DNA of 38,405 nucleotides from positions 569,560 through 607,964 of the forward strand of contig MU004202.1 of assembly GCA_010093605.1 (NCBI GenBank), read 5' to 3'. This DNA is from Lophium mytilinum. Lineage: Eukaryota. Numbering within the stretch: position 1 is the first letter of the stretch; each line of letters begins with the position of its first letter. The notes under the pieces are model-generated. The model did no database searches and had not been told where the DNA came from. It saw only the letters and a program-made list of their open reading frames with translations. Below are positions 24,180 through 34,289 of this stretch, one piece after another. Both the position numbers and the translations under genes were made by a program.

Positions 24180-24857
24180 TTATCTCGCCTCAAACTGCAT
24201 CATTCTCCTCGACCTTATCTTATACATAGCTTTACACCCACAAGCCCTGCACTTCAAAGCCTCACGCACCCTCCACTCCCCGTTCACAATCCCATCAAGT
24301 GCCCTCACTTTCACAAACATATGGCAGTCGGTGCACTGGTACCACAGCTGGCCCTTCTCGAGCGGGATATCTTTCAAGTCCGTGCCTGGGCCAACCATAG
24401 AACGAGGGTCTTGGTCTGGATGATACATCGGGTTCCCAGCTCTGGATTCGGTGTATGTGTCGATTTCCCGCGTGTTTGGTTTGAATCGCTTGGGTGCAGA
24501 GGGGTCGTAATCAAGCTCGACGATGTTGGTGTCGGCCCATCGGGGCGAGGGGGCGTTGCTCGGGTCGTAGTCTTCGCCGAAGGAACGTTCGAGGGCTTCT
24601 GCTTCTGGCGTAGTGGTGGGTTCTCCTTCGTCATGTCGATGATATGGTTCCGGTATTCTAAGCTTCGAATCTTCGTCCAGCCCTTCTGCTCCTTCGCCTT
24701 GTCGCTGTTGTAACGGATATTCTCGATGATCAGCTCCGGGATGCTGCCAAGCTTGTTCTGGCGCTGGTGGCTCCCACGCTGGCTGCTGTGGGCCAGTGGG
24801 GATGTTCTCCGCTCGTGGGTGCTGCATCAGGCTGGTGGGCGGCTGGTTTGAGGCCAT
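24180..24857 (-). CDS. Rpb12/RPABC4-like zinc-ribbon protein with a long N-terminal extension (225 aa)
   Basis: The C-terminus YQCTDC...LKCRACGCKAMYKIRSRRMMQFEAR mirrors the Rpb12 consensus Y.C..C...IRC..CG..ILYK.RT.R.VQFEAR. First ATG is at 24857. Confidence 0.75.
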   Translation of the reverse strand: MASNQPPTSLMQHPRAENIPTGPQQPAWEPPAPEQAWQHPGADHREYPLQQRQGEGAEGLDEDSKLRIPEPYHRHDEGEPTTTPEAEALERSFGEDYDPSNAPSPRWADTNIVELDYDPSAPKRFKPNTREIDTYTESRAGNPMYHPDQDPRSMVGPGTDLKDIPLEKGQLWYQCTDCHMFVKVRALDGIVNGEWRVREALKCRACGCKAMYKIRSRRMMQFEAR

Positions 24858-25140
24858 CGTTAGCGGCGTCCTTCGGTGATGCCCTGCAGGATACACGAGG
24901 GTGGAAGTTAGTTTCACATTGAAGCAAATGGCTAACGTCGACCCAGAAATATCTGATTGAAACAAAGAAATTCCCAACTAAGATTCAGCGCACGATGGAT
25001 GGGGATGGTAGCGGGGCGTATGACAAAGGAATGAAGGCGCCAAGACATTCCTCAGATGCAAATGATCTTGGAACTACAAACATTGAGGCCATCCAGACTG
25101 TTATAACACAGCAACAGACGACAAGTCTGAGCTCACGAGC

Positions 25141-27004
25141 TCATGACTCCGTAAGTAGGATTTGATTTGAAGCGTCCTGCTTCAATTCCACACTGAATCG
25201 GTCATCGAATGGCCACTGTTTCTTGCCCCTACTGTCACATTAGCACTGCGCGAAATAAATCCTCGCAAAATCAAGGACTAATTACGCTTTCGGATTCTTT
25301 GGCATGGGAGTCCACTTGATTCCATAATCTCTGAGCCATTTCCAGTACCAACGCTGTGCGAGGCCCAGTTGGCCGGCAAGGGAAGCCATTCTAGCCATCC
25401 GTTTTGATCTGGAAACTCGCAACTGGGCGTACTCTTCTAACGCCGTGCGAAAATTAGCGTCCGGGGATGCGGGTTGATTGAGAAGGCAATTGGCGAGAAC
25501 GGTGGCGTCTTCAATTGCGAAGGAGGATCCTGGAATGAGATCAGTATAAGAGAAGGATATGACTAAGCCAAAATTTGGAAAGTCTAGACCAAAAACTGCA
25601 CGGGTACCCCCCTCGATCACTTGGCGCCGTCGTGGGAGGTAGCCCGACTAGCCGATATTGAGTCAGTCGAAAGATCTACACCATATGATCTTCAGATTGT
25701 ATTTGGACGCCGAAAACCACCTAGGCAAGAGAGTGCGAAAACTTGAGTTGCCAGGCTGCGGGCTTGGAACGGAGGAAATGTATGAGGGAAATGAGCCTAC
25801 CTTGGCCACTACTCGGAAGCATCAATCTGGAAGCATCACCAATCAACACTACATTCCCGCATTGGATCTCGTTTGCTTGCCAGACTCGCTGCCGGAGCGG
25901 ACTTCGTACAATGCGCTCCGATGCTGCGATCAGTCTCCCGAATGATCCTGTGGCTGGATGGTACACGCCGGCATGACGGCGGAGGATGTCAATTGTCAAG
26001 TCCTTCGAGTAGGCGCCAGCTATGATTCGAAACTCCCAACTAGATGTCGTATTTCCTTTGACCTCGGCGTCAAAAATTTTAGTGCCTTTTGGTGCCGAAT
26101 AATCCGATGGACTCGTTTCTGGAATGATGAGATCCCATCGAATCTTCCCACCCGGCAGCGGCGACGTCGACAAAGTCCCGTGGTCCAGCCAGATTCCGTG
26201 CGTATCGTCTAGAACCTCCTTTTCTACTCCTTCCTCAGCCAGCGGTGCGATCTCGGGCGAGGAGATCCCGTAAATCCCCGTTGCGCCCATAAAATCTGGA
26301 ACCCACCTCTCCTCCGCCGTACTCTCATCCCTCCTCCTCAAAATCGTCCTTCGAACTTCCGACCATGCACCCTCCGCTCCGACCAACAAGCTGACGTCCT
26401 CGCTTTTTCCACCCTTGAAAGACACTCTTACGCCGCCGGCCCCGCTAATCTCTTCTACTTTTTCCAACTTTCTTTTCCAGACCACTTCCCCACCTGACTC
26501 CAATACCTTCTTTAGTAATATTTCTTGAAGATCACGCCGCTCGATGATGCGCATATTCGTACCCAGCTCCGTGCTCCAGGTCGGATCTTGCATGCGATTT
26601 AAACGCACAGCTGTTGCTGGGTACGCTCGCTCTACCGATTCTCCCGGATTCAGAAGAGGAGAGCCATACCCCGAGCGCCAAAAACTAGCTCCCGTAAACT
26701 CTTGGCTCCGTAAGTCGATAGCAGCTCGCAGGCCGAGATCGTAAAGAGGCGCGAGACCATTCCCTGAGAGGGCTATCGCTGCACCGGCTGTTTGGAGGTT
26801 TTCTGCTGGAATAGCAGTGGGTGGAGACGTCGAAGAAGCTTCGGACGCCGAAGGAAGGTGAGCTGGAAATGGATTGGGGGTTTGGTCCCAGAGTATAGGC
26901 GCATACCGTTCGCGGAGGATGGGATGGGCGAGGATTTGTAGGGCAAGGGTAGGGCCTGAGATTGCGGCGCCTACAATGCCGATCTTGTGGCGAACGGCGG
27001 CCAT
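25141..27004 (-). CDS. FAD-dependent monooxygenase (group A, salicylate hydroxylase-like); 3 exons
   Basis: IGIVGAAISG dinucleotide motif, LLVGAEGAWSEVR (DG-like) and VVLIGDASRLMLPSSGQG|SSFAIEDA (GD motif). Introns 25530-25800 and 25232-25285; TGA at 25141. Confidence 0.88.
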
Positions 27005-27674
27005 GAAGACTCGAGCCGAGGAGAAATTGGAAGGATTTATGAAGCAAATGCGAAATACTTAAAAAGCCGGATCAGAAAGCTATTGGAAAAAATGTAGGAC
27101 ACGAGGAAATCAGATTAGATGGAGTAGTAGTTGTGCCACAAATCTGTCGCCTTGGACTGTACAACTGAATTGTAGAAAGGGGGACGCTGTGCAAAGGCCA
27201 AGGAGAGTTTGGAGTATGTGAAAGAATGAATGTGGAAAGGTGCAGAAAGAAAGAAATAGCCGCTGCGTATGAAAGTCGCCTGCTTCTGATCACTAGCCCG
27301 AATTAGTCTTCTAGTGGTACGACATATTGCAGCAGGCATGTCTGATGAAGGAAGTTTGGAGCTGGAGGTCGTCAGCTCCTATAGTTCTAGGTTACGAGTC
27401 AAGGTCAAGAAAAGAATACACGCTACGCGACTAGAGACTAGCTTCGGCGGGGAAGCGAGCTGTCAGGGGAGGACGGAAGGCAGCAACTCCATAAGCTCAA
27501 CTCCGAATCCCGCAGATAACGCAGAGGAAGATGCGATATCGCCGCAGAAACTGCGGTATTGCCGTCCGATTGGAATAAGTTATAGTATCCAAGCCCTCCC
27601 ATCAATGTAAGTGTGCTACGCAGAACATTCCCGTGACTTCTGCAGGCGCCGTATGAGACTCGATTTTCATCGGC

Positions 27675-30600
27675 ATGTCGTTCTATAACCTCACCGACGT
27701 CGCTTCATTTTGCACCGCTCACGCCGACAATGTCTTCGGCCCGGTAGTCAGCCCTGTTTGTCGCCATGGCTTTGATTTTACCTTGTTGTTTGAGCAGTCC
27801 ATCCTTTCAATTGGACCCTCGTCCATCTTCCTTTTGCTCGTGCCTTTGCGACTGTTCTGGCTTTACCGTTCCAAAACTACTGCCAGACCTTCGTTCAGCG
27901 TCTACCTTGGAAAAGCGGTAAGACCTCCGTGATATCTAGCCTCGTAACATCGAAGACCCTCCGGCTTACGAAACCGAATATTCAGGTTGCCATCACTCTT
28001 CTTGTCAGCCTACAATTGGCCCAGCTAATACTCTGGGCATCGAATCCCTCGAGCCGGACTCCGGCTTCGGTACCTTCTGCTGTCCTCTCTTTCGTTTGCG
28101 CACTTGTAATATACCCACTGTCCTATCTGGAACAGACTCGCTCCGTCCATCCCTCGACTCTTTTGGAACTATACCTTATATCATCTTCGGTGCTTAGTAT
28201 CCCCCAAGCGCGCACGCTATTCCTACGACAAGATGACCTGCCTATCGCAGCCATTTTCGTGGCTAGTATTGGAGCTACGCTCCTGCTCTGGACCTTAGAA
28301 GCTCGAAGTAAGACGAAATCACTCAAGGAACCGTATAGAGAGTACCCTCCCGAGGCTACTCGGGGCGTTTGGAATCGAACGTTCTTCTGGTGGTTGAATA
28401 CCTTGTTCGTTTCGGGTCTGAAAAGGCTCCTTTCTATGAACGACCTCTGGAAGCTCCCCCCAAGTATGTCCTCAGAGCGGTTGCGAGACGCTATGCAAAA
28501 ATCTTGGGATCAACGACGTAAGTAACGACTCAAATGCCTTGAAAGTCACAACGCTAATACCTTTCAGCTATGCCAGAAGGACGGCGATCTCTGGTCTGGG
28601 CATCCATCAAGTGCCTCCGGTGGCCCCTCCTCTCTGTCGTAATCCCTCGTATCGCATTGATCGGCTTCAACTACGCTCAGCCTTTCTTGATCAGTCGCGT
28701 AATCAGCTTTGTAGGGCAACCGCGTGCCTCTCAGAACTACAATGACAGTCTTGGCTTGATCGGAGCTGCCGCTCTGATCTACACCGGCGCAGCTGTAAGA
28801 TTATTTGATTCCTCAAAAAGAGGCTAGATTGCTGACTGAACAGATGACTACCGTGCTGTACATGCACAGGCTATATCAGTCAATCACCATGTTTCGTGGA
28901 GCTCTGGTTGGGCTTGTCTTCAATAAAACCCTTGTGCTCCGCGATGGCGTGTATGACGAGTCAGCGTAAGTGTAGTAGCCTATCGAGTATAAGCACTCAA
29001 CTCACACTAATCTCTTCCTGCAGTGCAGTAACGCATATGTCCACCGATATCGATAGGATTGCCGAAGGGATGAAGAACATGCACGAGACTTGGGCTCGCC
29101 TTATCGAGGTGGCAATTGGCATCTGGCTACTCTCAACCCAGCTAGGCGCAGTCTCTATCACACCTATCGTGATAGTAGTTAGTAAGTTACACGCGTCGTT
29201 TCCCTCATTATCCCAGACTCCATGAAAGACTAATGCTGCCTTCAGTCTGCGCCGGGATAAATACATGGGCTGCGAAGCAGTCAAGTATTCGACAGAAAAT
29301 ATGGGGCGCGTCCGTACAAACTCGCATTGGAGGGACCGCTTCCTTGCTGGGTTCCATGAAGAGTGTAAAGATGATGGGACTGGCAGACTTGATGTCCGAC
29401 AACATCTTAGCCGACCGTGTCCACGAGATGGATACAGCGAAAGGGTTTCGATGGGTGCAAGTTTTTGTTAACTCCGTAGGTAAGTGACCCCACAGGCCTT
29501 AAAACGTTTTGCCGTTTCTGACTTTGAAAAGGGTACACTCCTATGATTTTCGCACCCGTCCTCACTTTTGTTGCGTACGAAATCAAAGCACGGATCCAAG
29601 GCTCAAGCTCTCTATCTACGAACCAAGCTTTGACCTCGCTGGCTACTGTCACTTTGCTAACGCACCCTGCGTCTATACTGCTGACGTCCATTCCTGAAAC
29701 TGGCGCTATACTAGGATTGTTCGATCGTGTCCAAGGCTTTCTAGTTGCATCCTCTTGGGAGGACACAAGGGGAAATCTAAGAAACAGTGTCTCTCCAAAT
29801 CAGGACCCATCACAGTCAGAGTCAGACCTAGAGCTTCAAGAGATCAAGGGTTTCCAGCGTCCTTTAGTTTCTTCGTCAGCATTTCCTGGCCGTCCAAAAA
29901 CAAGCGCAATCTTCATGACTGGCATAAGTGTCCGACCTTCGCCGACCTCCACACCCGCAATCACCAACGTCAGTATGCAGCTTCAAGGTTCTTCGACGAC
30001 TATCCTATCAGGACCAGTAGGATCGGGTAAATCTACCCTCCTGAAGGCTATACTCGGGGAACTTCCTTTGGACGCCGGCAAGATTTCTGTGTCCTCTACA
30101 CACGTTGGGTACTGCAGTCAAACACCGTGGATTTTGAATACCACGATTCAACGGAACATCTGCGGTCCCGTCCAGGTTTCCAAGATTGACGAAGCGTGGT
30201 ATCAGACTGTTCTGACGGCCTGTAACCTCGTTCACGACTTGCTTAGATGGGAACAAGGCGATCAAAGTATCCCGGGCTCTGGAGGATTGGCACTCAGTGG
30301 CGGGCAGAAGCAACGTGTTGCTCTTGCACGTGTGCTGTATGCAAAGCCGGATATCGTGCTTCTTGACGACGTATTGAGTGCTTTGGACAACACTACGGAA
30401 CGGCAGGTTACGAACAGTCTCTTTGGCCCCGGCGGCCTCTTCCAGACACTAGGATGTACAGTGGTGCTGGTCACTCATTCTACTCGTCATTTCCATCTCG
30501 CCAATCACATTGCGATCCTTAGCAAAGACGGCACAGTCGCTCAGCAGGGAAGCTTCGAAGAATTAAAAGCACGGGAGGGGTACATCAAAGGTCTCCTCTT

Positions 30601-32434
30601 AGACCCGAACCACGGAACGGACGAGATCGCTTCATCAGCGCAAATCATCACGCAAAAGCGGCCAGTTGTTAAAGGTGTCAGTGCAAACGATGTTTCAGAT
30701 CTGACTCGTAAGACTGGAGATGTTGCCGTTTATAAATACTATTTCAAGACGACCAGCCGATTCGGAATTGCATGCCTTCTCGCCGCCATAGCGTCCTACT
30801 GCTTCTCCTTCTTCTTTCCACAGCTGTGGCTCGTGTGGTGGACAAAGGCGAACGGACATGAGAATGGGAAGTACATCAGTGTCTACGTGTTATTGGCGGT
30901 GATAGCTTGGATATCTAGAGCATCTATGCTGGCGTTTCTACTGCTCTGGGTTTCCCCGATATCATCGATCAAACTGCACCAGATCCTCCTTCGGACGGCG
31001 ACCAGGGCTCCACACTCATTCTTCACGAAAACGGACACTGGAATCACGTTGAATCGATTTAGTCAGGATATTGGCCTGATCGACCGCGTACTCCCGCTAT
31101 CAGCTGCGCGCGTAGCCCTCTCCTTCGTGATCATCGCCCAGGCAGCGCTGATCGCTCAAGGATCCAGTTATATGGGGATCACCCTTCCTTTCATATGTCT
31201 TGCCACTTACCTCCTCCAAAAAGTCTATCTTCTGACATCAAGGCAACTTCGTTTCCTCGACTTGGAAGCCCGAAGCCCTGTATACACCCACTTTCTTGAA
31301 TGTCTAGAAGGGCTATCCACTATCAGGGCCTTTGGCTGGGCAAATGCCGCACAAGAGATAATGATGAAACGTCTCGACATCTCTCAGCGGCCGTATTACC
31401 TTATGTTTTGTCTCCAGCGATGGCTAGCCTTAATCCTAGATCTCATGATTGCCGTAATTGGTGTGATCGTAATCGCACTGGCCGTAAGAGTTCCTGGCAC
31501 ATCTAGCGGCGCTGCTATTGGAATCGCACTCAACAACGTCCTTGGATTCAACCAGTCACTCCGCCTGTTAATCGACAGCTGGACGCAATTCGAGACTTCC
31601 CTCGGCGCCATCGCACGTGTCAAGAATTTCGAAGCTGAAGTGCTCCCCGAAGACAGACCTGAGGAGATAGCAGAAGTACCAGCATCATGGCCAGAGTCTG
31701 GTGCTATAGATTTCGAAAACGTCTCCGCTTCTTACGGCCCCGCTGCACCCGCTCTTAACAGCATCTCCCTTTCTATCACGCCCGGCCAAAAGATCGGTAT
31801 CTGTGGCCGCACTGGCTCCGGCAAATCATCCCTCCTCCTAACCCTCTTCCGCCTTCTCGACCTTTCCTCAGGCAGCATCAGCATCGACGGCGTGGACATC
31901 TCCACGATCCCCCGCGAAACGCTCCGGACTCGTCTAACCTGCATCCCGCAAGACCCCTTCATCCTCCCCACCACCGTTCGTCGGAACCTCGACCCCGCCT
32001 CCGCGTCATCAAAATCCAGTCCAATCCCCGACAACGACCTCATCGCTGCTCTCGAGCGCGTTCATCTTTGGCAGCCCATCCTCACGCGTGGCGGCCTGGA
32101 TGCACAGATGAAAACGACTCCGCTGTCAGCAGGGCAGCAGCAGCTATTCTGCCTCGCACGGGCAATGCTACGAAGGACGAGGATCCTGGTTCTCGATGAG
32201 GCAACGAGTAATGTCGACCGAGAGATGGATCAGCTGGTGCAGGGGGTATTGAGGGAGGAGTTTCGGGAGAGAGGGTGTACGGTTATCATGGTGGCGCATC
32301 GATTGGAGACGATTCGTGATGCGGATGTGGTGGTGAGAATGGGGGAGGGGAAGATATTGGATGTTGGAACCCCGGAGAAGATATTGGGGGAGGCCGGGAA
32401 GATTGGAGGAGGTAAGGGATCCCTGGGAGAATGA
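27675..32434 (+). CDS. Full-length ABCC/MRP-type ABC transporter (TMD0-TMD1-NBD1-TMD2-NBD2); ~7 exons
   Basis: N-terminal FGP...FDFTLLFEQSIL; Walker A GPVGSGKST and GRTGSGKSS; signatures LSGGQKQR and LSAGQQQL; Walker B LLDD and VLDEATS. About six GT-AG introns between 27918 and 29531. Confidence 0.95.
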
Positions 32435-32657
32435 CGGGTCTGCGCTGCTCCAGGCTCTGAGATATAGCTCCCGTCGGTTTCCCCTCGCAAGACTAGGCGT
32501 ACCTATACTAGTATCAAGCCATCGCTAGCAACTTGAGGCGCAATGATAAACCTTTACATCTTGCTCTGGATTTTTTGTTTAGTTCGAGAGGCTCTCAAGG
32601 CTACCTTCACATCGTACCTAGCCAGCTCATATGATAGCATTCCTTTAACGACTTACC

Positions 32658-33620
32658 TCAAGCTTGCCGCCCCTTCGGCTCACCCCCCGCGATAGCATCA
32701 ATCAACGTCTCCACCGCCGCCAACCCACTCCTAACCTGACACTCCACCGTATCTCCACCAACATGCGGCATCATAACCAAATTCTCATGCTCCAAAAACT
32801 CGCGATACACCTCCAACGTCGGCGGCTCCACCTGACACGCATCCAACCCCACCCCCCAAAACCTCTTCGCCCTCAACGCCTCCAACAACGCCTTCTCATC
32901 CACAATCCCGCCCCTCGCCGCATTAATCAAAATCGCCCCCTCCTTCATCCTCCCCATCTCCTCCCGCCCAATCAAACCCCTCGTCGCCGCCGTCAACGGC
33001 ACATGCACCGTTACCACATCCGCCACCTCCAACAACTCCTCCAGAGTCCCCACCCGCTCATGCTCGATCCCCGGCCACCCGTCCGCAGGGAAATACGGAT
33101 CATACGCCACGACCCGCGCCTCCATCGCGCCGCGCCACTTCTTCGCGACCTCTCCACCGATATTCCCCATCCCCACCACCCCCACCGTTGTCCGAAACAG
33201 GCTTTTCGAGAACCACTCCGCCCGCAGCAGCTTCTCTCCCCTGCGAATCGCGCGGTCCATCTCGCACACGCGCCGCGCGACGGCGAGCGCGAGGGTCAGG
33301 GAGAGCTCGGCGACGGCTTCGGCGTTGACGGCGGGGGTGTTGTAGACGCGGACGCCGTGGCGCTTGGCGGCGGCGAGGTCGATGGCGTCGACGCCGACGC
33401 CTTGCTTGACGACGTATTTGAGGTTTGGGGCGGCGGCGAAGTCGGCTTCTGTGAGGGTGGTGCGGGCGCGGATGAGGATGGCGACGGCTTTTTGGGGCCA
33501 GTCGATGTGGGCGGGGTCGGTGAAGAGGATGGGGGACATGGAGGGGTGGGATTGGAGGAGGGCGAGGGCGGCTTCGTTGTAGTGGCCGAGGACGTAGACG
33601 GGGGTGGGGGGTTGGGACAT
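32658..33620 (-). CDS. NAD-dependent D-isomer-specific 2-hydroxyacid dehydrogenase (320 aa, intronless)
   Basis: GVGVDAID, GVVGMGNIG Rossmann motif with following YD (NAD-type Asp), HVPLT..T, INAARG (Arg), VEP (Glu), PHVGG (His). No ACT domain. Confidence 0.93.
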   Translation of the reverse strand: MSQPPTPVYVLGHYNEAALALLQSHPSMSPILFTDPAHIDWPQKAVAILIRARTTLTEADFAAAPNLKYVVKQGVGVDAIDLAAAKRHGVRVYNTPAVNAEAVAELSLTLALAVARRVCEMDRAIRRGEKLLRAEWFSKSLFRTTVGVVGMGNIGGEVAKKWRGAMEARVVAYDPYFPADGWPGIEHERVGTLEELLEVADVVTVHVPLTAATRGLIGREEMGRMKEGAILINAARGGIVDEKALLEALRAKRFWGVGLDACQVEPPTLEVYREFLEHENLVMMPHVGGDTVECQVRSGLAAVETLIDAIAGGEPKGRQA

Positions 33621-34289
33621 GGTGGGTGTGTTGATTATAGAGAGGTTGGGAGTTGAGGTTTAGGAATTGGGGTTTGAGGTCTGAGGCTTGAGGTTTGAGG
33701 TTTGAGGCTTAAAAAATGCGGTATGAAATGAGTATATTTCAGGGTACTATATGTAGTAATATGTCATGCGAGCTGCGGGAATGATTCATCGAGGTGTGGG
33801 GAATAGACCCTGGAGGTTGATAAGGCTTATACCGGACTAGGGCTTGTATGAAGACAAGCTTTGCTGGCGTCATTTGGGAGCGGATGAGGAATCTTGTGCT
33901 ACGTTAATTTGATAGGGGCAAGATGCTCGATACGTGTGTTGTTGATGCAAGACGGGCGGGGATTAAACTCCGCTACGCTGCCGACCTTGCCGAGTGGCCT
34001 CAGTCTAACTTTAATGTAACCGTGAGCCTGGTGGGTCCTCTGCAACACCAAGGTAAACGTCTATAAAGGTATTTGAAGCCCGTGCTGTCTTTCTTATTGC
34101 ATGTTCGTAGTCTCTGCCTCCCTTATAACTTGAGTCTCCTTTTTCTTTCAATCCTCAACTTCTCGTCCATCTCCGTCAACCGCTGACTCACCACCATCTT
34201 TCTCTCTCCTGAAAATTTACACATATTCGATACCCGTCTTCAAGACTCTTCCCCCTATCCCAGCCTCATCCATCAACACCACCACCACC
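33621..34289. promoter_or_regulatory. Shared divergent promoter region (669 bp)
   Basis: Lies between two head-to-head ATGs. TATAAA at 34062-34067 is followed by a pyrimidine-rich tract leading to ATG 34290. Confidence 0.6.
33668..33709. repeat. Six degenerate 7-bp tandem units (TGAGGYT)
   Basis: TGGGGTT TGAGGTC TGAGGCT TGAGGTT TGAGGTT TGAGGCT, just upstream of the dehydrogenase ATG. Confidence 0.8.

Noticed and set aside
32658..33620. Phosphite dehydrogenase (PtxD) or housekeeping Ser3 phosphoglycerate dehydrogenase
   Set aside because: Same family, but the PtxD-type LKGxDN segment is replaced by GVGVDA, and the protein lacks the length and ACT domain of fungal Ser3.
32664..33656. 330-aa antisense ORF (also 34578-35270)
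   Set aside because: Low-complexity Pro/Arg/His then Gly/Asp translation; a shadow of the biased codon usage on the real strand.
33668..33709. Interstitial telomeric repeat
   Set aside because: The unit is TGAGGYT, not TTAGGG; it is better read as a 5'UTR minisatellite.
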